Source: the human T2T-CHM13v2.0 reference genome, Homo sapiens. Taken from it: a DNA stretch of 64,000 nucleotides. The stretch spans positions 5,120,001 to 5,184,000 of the forward strand of contig CP086569.2 of assembly GCA_009914755.4 (NCBI GenBank). Reading direction: 5' to 3'. Under the pieces are notes generated by a model. The model worked only from the letters and a program-made list of their open reading frames with translations. It was not told where the DNA came from and did not search any database. Position 1 is the first letter of the stretch; each line of letters opens with the position of its first letter. Shown here one piece after another: positions 50,129-60,828 of this stretch. The translations under genes were made by a program, and so were the position numbers.

Positions 50129-51625
50129 TGTGATGGCAGTGGCGGCTGTCTGGAGTGGCCACTGCCATGACACCAGCTGCAGTGGGGGAGGCTTGACCAG
50201 GGTTGCATGCTCCATGGAGCCTGTGGGAACCAGGAACAGGTGGGAGCCCCTCCTCCTTCTGAATTGGAGGGGTGACAGCCTCGCCTTCCCAGGTGCAGTT
50301 GCAGGGGCCCAGCTGGGACTGCTGCCCCAGGTATCCTGTGCTCTTGGGGATCCAGGAAGCCCTCCTGCCCCAGCAGGCTTGAAAGAGCCTGCACCTGCTG
50401 CTTGGCCTCTCAGCTCTCCAGCTGCCCACTCCAATTTTGGAGCAAAGTTGAGGCCAAGCCTGGGCACTGTGGCAACCTGGTGGGATGTGTGTGAGCTTTT
50501 GGCGGTCCTGACATGCCCATGGCTGCCTCAGCCCCCTCCAGACTTTGACCACCCACAAACAAGGGAGGGAAGCAGAGGGGGTGCTGAGGGCAGCTGGGCA
50601 TGGGCCTGAAGGTGTCCTTTGGCATGAACAGCCTGGGTGCCATAGATGTCATGATTGATAGTGGGTGCCATGGATGACATGATTGATAGCGTCAGGAGGC
50701 ATAGAGGCTTCTGCTCAGAAAAGGGCATGTCCCTGGTGAAGTCCCACCTTCCGGTCAGAGAAGGCCTGAAGCCTGGGGGCCCGTTGGCCAGTTCCTCAGA
50801 CCAGAGTGAGAATGCGTGCTTTTTCTGGCCTGCCTATGGCTGTCCATGGACCAATCAGCATGGACTTTCTCCCGTCTCAAGCCCATAAAAACTCCAGGAC
50901 TCAGTGAGAATTGGACAAACGACAGATGATCTAACTGCTGTTAGGAGCTACCCACTCCGTGTCTTCTGAGAGGTGCGCTTTCACTCAACAAAGCATCTCT
51001 TCACTTTGCTCACACTCCAATTGTCTGCATACCTCATTCTTCCTGGACACAGGACTCAGGACCCACCAAATGGCAGGGCTGAAAGAGCTGTAACACAAAC
51101 AGGGCTGAAACACCACCCCCCCACCCCAACTTGCCACGTTGGGGGTGATGAGGATAGAAGAGAGCATAAGAGAAGAGCTGTGCCCTTTGGGGAGCCTGGA
51201 CCTAGGAGCTCCCTGAGCCAGGGCTGTGACACCCTTTTTGGGGCTCTGTGGGTCCTGGCATCTCCAAGATTCCAGGTGCCACCATGTTCCCTGGTGCCCA
51301 ATTCACTTGCAGTACAGTTGGTTCAGCTGCAGCCTTGCAGGGATCCAGTGCCCACGCTGGCACCTGCAGCTGCCCACCTCACCACAGCCAGTGTACCTGG
51401 TTATGCGCAGTGGCCGGAACTTGTGCTTGCTCACTCACACACCCCTCTCCTCCCTGCATTTGACTTGCCTTTGGCAGGCATGGGTTCCGGGCTGGTAGTG
51501 AGACCTGAGTGCAGCCTGCCAAGCCGAGTGGGTGGAATAAGCCCAGTGGGCCCGAGCAAAACTCGAGCAAAGGCACCATCGGCCACAGAGGATTCTGTCT
51601 GGTGAAGCAATACCCCAAAGATCTT
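50129..51625 (+). mobile_element. ERV class I (LTR9/LTR12-like) solo LTR, ~1.5 kb, plus orientation
   Basis: GC-rich, stop-poor block beginning TGTGATGG. Contains gaccaatcagcatgg (CCAAT), cccataaaaactcc (TATA-like) and tcactcaacaaagcatctcttcactttgctcacactccaattgtctgcatacctcattcttcctggacacaggactcaggacccaccaaatggcagggctgaaagagctgtaacac. The last closely resembles the R/U5 region of ERV1 LTRs (...cactcaataaagc...caccctccacttgtccgcgtacctcattcttcctgggcgcaggacaagaactcgggacc..cgaacggcagggctgaaagagctgtaacactc). No internal ERV sequence on either side. All track ORFs 50038-51647 (up to 210 aa, both strands) are artefacts of this composition. Confidence 0.6.
50851..50995 (+). promoter_or_regulatory. 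LTR promoter/terminator motifs: CCAAT box (50851-50855), TATA-like cataaaaa (50884-50891), poly(A)-signal-like caacaaagc (~50986-50994)
   Basis: Order CCAAT > TATA > AATAAA-variant on + strand fits U3-R organisation of a retroviral LTR. Functional activity not demonstrable from sequence. Confidence 0.4.
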
Positions 51626-54091
51626 GTGACATATGCATGATTAACAAATTAACTAGGTGATTTCTACGTAGCTGATGTTTTGAAAACCACTTGATAGCTA
51701 CTGGTTGCTGTAGCTAGCTATCAATTTTATCCAAATTTTCAATCCCTTATCTAATTCCCAAATGTTATGAAAGGCAACAAAAGTAGTGTTACAAAAGGTC
51801 CAAATAATATATTGGGGGTAAATATATAAGATTGATTTATGGGTTTTAGAGTTGGAGACTATATCTTTCTACTAGTTTGTATTCCCATCCTCAATTTAGA
51901 AATAATTAAGAAGTATATTTTTATACCTTTTTAAGAAAAATGAAAAGGACAGTGCCATATCAATTTACTCCTGGGACCATAGCATAATGATCTTTTTTTT
52001 TTTAATTCTTTAACTTGTCAGTCACTTTGAGGTTATTTTTAATACCGTGTGTGTGTATGTGTGTATGTGCGTGTGGAGTATGTGGGTGTGGTAGACAGTA
52101 TATAGAGATATTTTTGTTTGTATGGAAAATAAGTAGAGGGGAGTCTGCTTTTAGAAGAAATACACCTCTGTAGAGAGATCCACAAGTAAAAGACTACAGC
52201 AACACTACAGATATTAGTTGATTACAATTCCTCCCCACAACTCCACCCACAACTATATTTACCACAACGTTGCTTGCTACTATCTTCCACACTGGTGAAT
52301 ATTATTACTGGAAGATGCAACTATTTTAATTTATTATTTGATTATCTATGATGATTATAGAACTTCAATGTTTTTTAAATGTAAGAAAAGTTCAAAGGAA
52401 ACATTGGTCTATTCATCTCATATTAATTTCCAGGAAGTGACACATATTACAAAGCAGCAATTATTTTCCATGTGCTAATGAACACCAGGTAAAAAAGATG
52501 AAACAAACATGTTTCATATACACCAGAATGGGTCTAAACAAATATGTTACCACTATCCATAAACTCAACACACTAACGAAATTACTAGCATACTGGCCGA
52601 TGTGTGCATTCTCCAATTTTATTAGGAATACATTCTAATAATTATTATTTAAAAACTGATATTTATTCACCATCATAACTTTTTGTTGCATTTTTTACTA
52701 ACATTAAACAAGAAATATTTTGATCCAAGCGTTTATGCCATTAATGACAATGCCAGGTTTTTCCTCTTTCATTGTATGCTACAAAATTATTCCAACATCT
52801 AATCCAAGTCAGAAACCATCTGTTGCTTGAATGACATTTGGCTTGTTTAAAATGTATTAATTAAACAGACATGTTGTGTAACTATGGCAAAGGGAGAATT
52901 ATTTTGAAAATATAAAGGAGTGACACCAGAGATGAAGCAGTGTTCAAACCAAACTTGTGGCTTATTTTATGGAAACATATTTTCAAATAACAACTAGAAA
53001 AACTTAACTATTGACTAATATTCTTAAAAATAAAATGATTATTTGGATCATATGTGATCCATGGTTCCATCATCTCCCAAGTCTATTTCATCACTGACAA
53101 TGGAGTAAGTAGTTTAGGTTTGATCTTGTTAATTATGCTAGTAGACTACAGGGACAAAAATGAAAAGGGTTAATAGCATCATAAAAGTTCTGAAAACCAT
53201 AACAAATTAGGATGGGAATTATAGCCTGGAATAGGAAGACTTATACATGAGTCTTAACTATCTTCAAACACAGGAGGGCTTGTCACGTAGAAGAACAATC
53301 ACACATATTTTATGTAGCTAAAGGCATATCTAAAGAAAATTGGTGGGAACTTCTCCTTCTGTCAATGTTTTCATTTCTAGCAGCTACCAACCCTCCTAAT
53401 ACACACTGTGAGCTGGAGAAACAGATATCCAAGTTTGTTAAAATTAAAAATAAAAGCAGAGTATGGTAGATATGATTCTGAAAACAAACTTTGTGATAAA
53501 TACTTTAGGAATTTACATGCCTTTATTCCCCCACTTACTTCCTGATATGAGGTTCTTTTAGGATAGCTGAGGCTATCAGATAACTATTAGATAGTCAAGG
53601 TGCTTTGGTAATTCATAAGTTTAAATGTAAGTCACTAAATATGGATGTGGTTAGTACCAAAAACAATGTAGATATTTCTACTATTCTTTTTTTGACTGAT
53701 AATTAGGCTTTTCATTGAAACCATTGTCTATTTCAGTTTTAATATTTGGTTTTAGTATTACTTAATGGCTTTTTTGACACATGCCAGTTTCAAAGCGTAT
53801 TAAGTTTCAATTCTGTCATATTTTAAATGTTAGTCAAAGAATTGTAGTTTCTCAAACATTCACAATATTGCTATTTCATTTGCAAAGTTCACACAACTGC
53901 AGTAATAGCCAATTTAACAATTTATAAACAATAACATTACTGAAAGAAGAAGCTTCATCTTGCGTATCTACAAATAGATTATTTCCATTCTGATTGAGCT
54001 GAAATGAATTATGATTCAAGGAATGAAGGAAAGTTGCCTGCTTATAATGCCATGTAGTCTTCTAATCAGCAAAAAATATGTCTGACTGTGT

Positions 54092-54131
54092 CACACACAC
54101 ACAGACACACACACACACACACACACACACA
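54092..54131. repeat. (CA)n microsatellite, ~19 units with one GA interruption
   Basis: cacacacacacagacacacacacacacacacacacacacac. Confidence 0.9.
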
Positions 54132-54332
54132 AAACTTATATCATGAAAAATGTAATGGCAGAATAGTCAGAGCTAGGAGGTCACCTGATTCTCATACAAT
54201 GTAGCTTCATAAAAAGCCTCCAGCACAGGCTAGTGATGTATTATGGTACTTAAAAAAAAATAGCCATGAAGGGTAAAACCCCCAGAAACATGAGAAATGA
54301 GACTATTCAAATTTTATGAAATGGAGCAGTGA

Positions 54333-54738
<406 letters not shown>

Positions 54739-56212
54739 TTATGACTACAAATTTCAGGGCCAAGTAGTAAAGACCTGCTACAAAATAAAAAGGCCTGACA
54801 TGTCATCTGTGAGATTTACACTGGGAATTATGATCTTCACATGGGATGTGCATGCTGGCCATATAATGCACATGAAAATCTTTAGTTTCTAACCAGGCTA
54901 TTTGCACATTTTACTTTATGATATACTGAGTAATTATAAATCATTTGGCTAAGAGACAGTACCTATGGGAAAAAAAATGCAGAAATCCTCTGACATTCAG
55001 AATGAGGTTGTTTACTATTATAAAATGTGGGAACTTGGAATCCTAAAGTATTCTTAATAGTTTGAAATTCAAAATGTTTTTTACGTAAATCAAAAACAAA
55101 CTTGCATATGGTAATCCTTAGAAAGTAATGACCCTACATATGATTACTCTTTCTAATCAGAGTTACTGGTGATGACAGTGAATCTAAAGGAAGATTGGGT
55201 TAGAGTGTATTAGGTTTGAACTCATGGCATGTGCAAGGTTGTATAAGTAATTCTAATGAGCCTTCTCTAACATGATACTCAAGTATTCTATAATTAGAAT
55301 CACAGGGTCACCTATCTGCATGCAGCCTCTTTGGTGCCAGATTAACCTGTCCGAAATGCCACTTACATCATGTTATGAAATGTAAAAATATTTACCTGAT
55401 AATTACTATGAAATGATGCCTTCATGAGGTTTAATGGACACAAGAATGCTGGGGATTTGATATTTAGTCTGTAAATGATTTATGTGAATGACACCAATAT
55501 AATTTCTGGGTATTGTTGTGTCCTGGAATTTTGATTCATTTGAGCTAAAAATGAGGTGTGTAGATTTTAGGGAGAGGTATCCTGTGCTGTTTCTCTCTGC
55601 TACTGGCAGAAAATAAGTAGCTTTTCAGGGCAAATATTTATTCATGAAAACGCCAGGATTTATTTCCATCCCATAAAGTCACTATTCCAGTCAATAGATT
55701 TGTTTTAATTTCTGTGTCACAACTTCTCTGCAGGGCTACAGACAGAAATTTGTCATGAACAAATTATGACATGAATATTAATGTAGTAGCCCTTTTATAC
55801 TGCACAATAATTATCTTTAACCAGCTTTTCCATATTGAAAAATTAGCCTTCCAGATCAGAGGTCTTCAAACAATGGCCTTTAGAGCCAAATGATGAAGAA
55901 GTTCAAGCAAAACATTATATTTAATAATACATAAAAGTACCTAAATTTTAAATTTTAATGTCCATAAGTACAGTTTTATTGGAACACAGGCAGGCCCATT
56001 CAGTTTCATATTGTCTATGGCTGTTTTTACACTTCAACATTAGGGTTAAGTAGTTGAGAAAGAGACTGTATCATATGGCCCACAAAGCCTAAAATATTTA
56101 CTATCTCATTCTTTACAGAAAAAGTTTGCTGAACCTTCAGTTTAATGGTTATAAGAGGGGTCCTAGAGGATGATTAGTTTATCATCCTTAAAACTGTAGA
56201 TAAATGTTGTGG

Positions 56213-57187
56213 TTTTTTTTTTTTAATTATACTTAAGTTTTGGGATACATGTGCAGAACGTGCAGGTTTTTTACATAAGTATACACATGCCATGGTGGTT
56301 TGCAGCATCCATCAACCCATCACCTACATTAGGTATTTCTCCTAATGCTATCTCTCCCCTAGCCCCACACCCTCCAACAGGCCCCAGTGTGTGATGTTTC
56401 CCTCCCTGTGTCCATATGTTCTTATTGTTCAACTCCCACTTAAGAGTGACAACATGCAGTGTTTGGTTTTCTGTTCCTGTGTTAGTTTGCTGAGAATGAT
56501 GGTTTCCAGCTTCATCCATGTCCCTGCAAAGGAAATGAACTCATCCTCTTTTATGGCTGCATAGTATTCCATGGAGTGTATGTGCTACATTTTCTTAATC
56601 CAGTCTATCATTGTTGGACATTTGGGTTGGTTCCAAGTCTTTGCTATTGTGAACAGTGCCGCAATAAACATACATGTGCATGAGTCTTTATAGTAGAATG
56701 ATTTATAATCCTTTGGGTATATACCCAGTAATGGGATGGCTGGGTCAAATGGTATTTCTGGTTCTAGACCCTTGAGGAATCGCCACACTGTCTTCCACAA
56801 TGGTTGAACTAATTTACACTCCCACCAACAGTGTAAAAGTGTTCCTATTTCTCCACATCCTCTCCAGCATCTGTTGTTTCCTGACATTTTAATGATCGCC
56901 ATTCTAATTGGTGTGAGATGATACCTCATTGTGGTTTTGATTTGCATTTCTCTAATGACCATTGATGATGAGCTTCTTTTCATGTTTGCTGGCTGCATAA
57001 ATGTCTTCTTTTGAGAAATGTCTCTTCATATCCTTTGCCCACTTTTTAATGGGGTTGTTTGTTTTTTTCTTGTAAATTTGTTTAAGTTCTTTGTAGATTC
57101 TGGGTATTAGTCCTTTGTCAGATGGATAGATTGCAAATATTTTCTCCCATTCTGTAGGTTGCCTGCTCACTCTGATGATAGTTTCTT
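56213..57187 (-). mobile_element. young primate L1 (L1PA-like) 5'-truncated 3' fragment (~975 bp: ORF2 C-terminus, 3'UTR, poly(A)), minus orientation, flanked by 10-bp TSD TAAATGTTGT
   Basis: Poly-T 56213-56224 then the reverse complement of the L1PA 3'UTR/ORF2 end, near-consensus (...ttacactcccaccaacagtgtaaaagtgttcctatttctccacatcctctccagcatctgttgtttcc...). Minus ORF 56585-56998 ...[86 protein letters not shown]...WNQPKCPTMIDWIKKM and 56952-57170 ...[55 protein letters not shown] at 56201-56210 and 57188-57197. Confidence 0.9.
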
Positions 57188-58440
57188 TAAATGTTGTAAA
57201 TTTTTTATATATTATGAATTTCTACATAGATCCAACAAGCTATTGACAATGTTTTAGTTAGTTTATTTACAAGAATGCAAATGTAACCACCCAGTGGGTT
57301 CACCTTGCCCGCTGCCTAGAGAGAGCCAATTTATCAAGACAGGGGGATTTCAGTAGAGAAGGAGTAATTCACGCAGAGTTGGCTGTGTAGGAGTCCAGAG
57401 TTTTATTATTACTCAAATAAGTCTCCCTGAGCATTTGGGGAGAGAGTTTTTAAGGACAACTTGGTGGGTGAGGGGAAGCCAGTGAGCCAGGAGTGCTGAT
57501 TGGTCAGTGGTGAAATCGTAGAGATTCAAAGCTGTCTTCTTGGGCTGAGTTAGTTCCTGGGTGGGGGCCACAAGATCAGATGAGCCAGTTTATCGATCTG
57601 GGTGGTGCCAGCTGGTCCATCAAGTGCAGGATCTGCAAAATATCTCAAGCACTGATCTTAGGAGCAGTTTAGGGAGGGTCAGAATCTTGTAGCCTCCAGC
57701 TGCATGACTCCTAAACCATAATTACTAATCTTGTGGCTAATGTTAATCTTACAAAGGCAATCTAGTCCCCAGGCAAGAAAGAGGTCAGCTTTGGGAAAGG
57801 GCTGTTAGTGTATTTGTTTTAAACTATAAACTAAGTTTCTCCCAAAGTTAGTTCAGCCTATTCCCAGGAATGGACAAGGACAGCTTGGAGGTTAAGAAGC
57901 AAGACAGAGTTGGCTAGGTTAGATACCTTTCACTGTCTCAGTCATAATTTTGCAAAGGCGGTTTCACAAAGGCTTATTTAGTACTCTGAGACTTTAGAGT
58001 TGAAGCAGCTAAACTTTTTATAAACTTTTATGAAACTCTGCTTTTGAAGAATACAGTATTGATGATTATTTCAGTAGCTCCCTACTAAATATCTTTAGTA
58101 CTAATAAATGATAGATGACTGACAGGCTAGGTAATCCATGTATTTTAATGCCCTGTAATTCAGGTTAACATTCGGATTATGTCTGTGTAGAGGTGATCAG
58201 AAGACGACCTGAAGCTTTTATTTTCCTCTTTTCACTGTGGGTTCTAGATACAAAGACAAACAGAAAAAGGGATATTGACTAGGCAAAAGCATACAAAAAG
58301 GTATTTCAGTTACATTATTTCCCTGATAAATGCTTTAAATCTTAGAAAATACAGTGTGGTTTAATCAGATAATACAGTCAATCTCACTCTTCACAGCTTC
58401 CACACAACCTAACACTCATCCCCCAAAAAACTAAAACCAA

Positions 58441-58743
58441 GGCTGGGTGAGGTGGCTCATGCCTGTAATCCTAGCACTTTTGGAAGCCTAGGTGGGTGGA
58501 TTTCTTGAGCTCAAGGGTCGAGACCAGCCTGGGCAACATGGTGAAACCCCATCTCTACCAAAAATACAAAAAATTAGCTTGGTGTGGTGGTGCGCACCTA
58601 TGGTTCTAGTTACTTGGGAGGGTCGCTTGAGCCTGGGAGGTAGAGGTTGCAGTGAGCCAAGATTGTGCCATTGCATTCCAACCTAGATGACAGAATGAGA
58701 CCCTGTCTAAAACAAAACAAAACAAAACAAACAACAACAAAAA
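58441..58743 (+). mobile_element. Alu (older AluJ/S-like), plus orientation, tail (CAAAA)n/(CAA)n
   Basis: ggctgggtgaggtggctcatgcctgtaatcctagcacttttggaagcctaggtgggtggatttcttgagctcaagggtcgagaccagcctgggcaacatggtgaaaccccatctctaccaaaaatacaaaaaattagcttggtgtggtggtgcgcacctatggttctagttacttgggagg...tgagaccctgtctaaaacaaaacaaaacaaaacaaacaacaacaaaaa. Confidence 0.95.
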
Positions 58744-59396
58744 CCCCTGCCTTCTGAACTCCTCAATATTACTTAGTTCCAGCAAGCTTTTCTTTTATTC
58801 AGTTTATTTTCTGCTCATACTAATTCTGCTAAGAGTTACCTTAACCAACACCACCCACTACTCCCTCTGAGAGGCCCAAAGGAATCCTGTCTGGCTGTTA
58901 CACTCACATGTAGAAAATCAGCAGACTATTTCTCATTAGAAGAAGTAATTTTATGTTCAGAAACATATTCCATAATATATATTACATATTACATGCATTA
59001 GTCATTTTCTCCTATTTTATTGAGACTTTAATATAAAAAATAATGGCTAAAAACTAAAGAAGATTCAAGTGAGCTACTTAAATATTTTATGCATCTATTA
59101 TATTTTCATATATCTTCCAATAAGTTTGAAGTATGATATTCAAATCTTTTCATAGCTCCATCTGAAGAAATGGCTGACTGTTAGACCTGAATTTGTGAAA
59201 ATATATGCATTCTGTTATGAAAATGCCTAGGATGTAAATTCTTCTCATCTTTGATATATGCAAATCTCTTAAATAAATTATACCTAATTTGAAGCTTTCA
59301 TGCTGCCAGTAGTTTAGTGCTTTGGTTGATCTATTGTTACATAGCAAACCATCAGTAATCTTTGGGGACATAAAAATCAATAGTCCTTCTTAATTT

Positions 59397-59830
59397 TTAG
59401 GTCAGGAATTTAGGTAGTGTACAGCAGATATAGCTATTTCTACTCCACAATGACTGCTGCCTTAAGTAGGGGGTGCTCAAATGTCTGAAGATAGTTAGGA
59501 TGACTCCAATAAGGCCACTAGCTGGAATGTTCATAATGGATTCTTCATGTACATATCCGGCACCTGAACTTGAGTGGCTGGAACAGCTGGGCCTCTCTCG
59601 GCATTGTAGTCTCTTTTTATACAGTCTTTCCACGAAGCTAGCTTGAGCTTCCCCACAGTATGGCATGCTCCCAGTACTCAAACTACTTTCAATGCAGCTG
59701 TAATTTTCCATGGTGAGTTTTCCAAGGGTGCAAAGCAGAAGCTACAGGGTTTGATTACAGAGTCTGTGCAGATTCAATGTGGTCTCAGGCTACTTGAAAG
59801 TCTGAATATCAAGAGGTGATGTCCATTGGG
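59397..59830. mobile_element. possible ancient interspersed repeat (unassigned)
   Basis: Sequence texture and the 104-aa minus ORF with no protein-like composition. Some motif resemblance to old LTR/DNA-element consensi, but I cannot place it. Confidence 0.2.
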
Positions 59831-60602
59831 GAGCCTATTTTTGGAGACTACTACATATAGCATAGCAATGCTGCAAACAAAAATGCTGCTACAAGATCTG
59901 GTGAAGATGTTACAAACTTCTTCTTTCGGAAACCAAATGCTTCATCTTTATCTTTTTATTTGTATATATATTTTTATATTCTGCTAGGAATACCATTTAT
60001 GATGATAACTATAATTTGTTTTCATAATTACCATTAACTGTTATCCATATTATGTAATTACTTTTTTCTTAGAAAGTAAAATCAATTTAAATAAATTCCA
60101 ATTCAAAATTTTGTCTCTAAGATTCTTCTAAAGGATGATGTACTTTTAGTTTTCTAAGCCTACATGATTGAATAAATTTGTGTTATTATTCACAGTTTCA
60201 GCTCACTAGCAACTTACAGATACAGCAAAAAAGTATGGTTATATTTATCCACATTTATTACTCAAAAAATAAGTTATTGCCAAATAATACCTAAATAAAT
60301 ACATGTTAAAATTATGGTTGGAATTTCCAGTTTGCTCAAATGTGCTATAAAGCTGACTGTCTCTTGCTTTAGAACAAGTTGACTTTCATTCTGCATCTGG
60401 CTGTGCCTTGTTTTGAAATATAATGGAAGCAACACTGCCTTCAGGTGAAGAAGGTTTGAACACAGAATTGTGTTATTCACAAAAGCCTGAAATTGTTCAC
60501 AACTCAAGATAATGTTAATGTGTCTTCACCAGATAGCCGAAATAATGCATTTTCTAAATTGCAGCATTAAGCAATGATTCAGATCATATCTGAAACCCTG
60601 TA

Positions 60603-60622
60603 ATTTTCATTCTCCCTTTCAG
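60603..60622 (+). promoter_or_regulatory. 3' splice site: polypyrimidine tract plus AG acceptor
   Basis: aattttcattctccctttcAG|TCCCAG. Confidence 0.75.
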
Positions 60623-60822
60623 TCCCAGCGGCGTGTCACATTTCACCTGCCAGAAGGCTCTCAGGAAAGCAGCAGTGATGGTGGACTGGGAGACCATGAT
60701 GCAGGCAGCCTTACCAGCACATCCCATGGCCTGCCCCTTGGCTATCCTCAGGAGGAGTACTTTGATCGTGCTACACCCAGCAATCGCACTGAAGGGGATG
60801 GCAACTCCGATCCTGAATCTAG
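60623..60822 (+). CDS. PCDH11X: internal coding exon (200 bp, 66 codons + 2 nt) of a delta1-protocadherin cytoplasmic domain containing the conserved CM3 / RRVTF PP1-binding motif; best guess PCDH11X (or its Y gametologue PCDH11Y), other delta1 paralogues (PCDH7/PCDH9/PCDH1) not excluded
   Basis: Frame from 60623: [66 protein letters not shown] with no stop. Bounded by tttcag| and |gtaagt. RRVTF(H/Q)LP(E/D)GSQES...GLGDH...[11 protein letters not shown](E/N)S is the CM3 region shared by delta1-protocadherins. The residues differ from my recollection of PCDH9 (…[20 protein letters not shown]…) and fit my recollection of PCDH11X. The track ORF 60633-60908 is the wrong frame. Confidence 0.75.
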
Positions 60823-60828
60823 TAAGTG
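60823..60828 (+). promoter_or_regulatory. 5' splice site (consensus GTAAGT donor)
   Basis: GAATCTAG|gtaagtgat. Confidence 0.75.

Noticed and set aside
50038-51647. Cluster of overlapping ORFs up to 210 aa on both strands (e.g. 50106-50609, 50973-51605, 50073-50558)
   Set aside because: They overlap each other in multiple frames and both strands, and have Pro/Gly/Ala/Ser-rich low-complexity composition. They sit exactly on the GC-rich ERV1 LTR, where stop codons (AT-rich) are rare by chance. This is not coding.
57240-57960. Possible additional interspersed repeat downstream of the L1PA insertion (…gccaatttatcaagacaggggg…ttattattactcaaataagtctccctgag…)
   Set aside because: I could not match it confidently to any family, and it may simply be unique sequence, so it is left unannotated.
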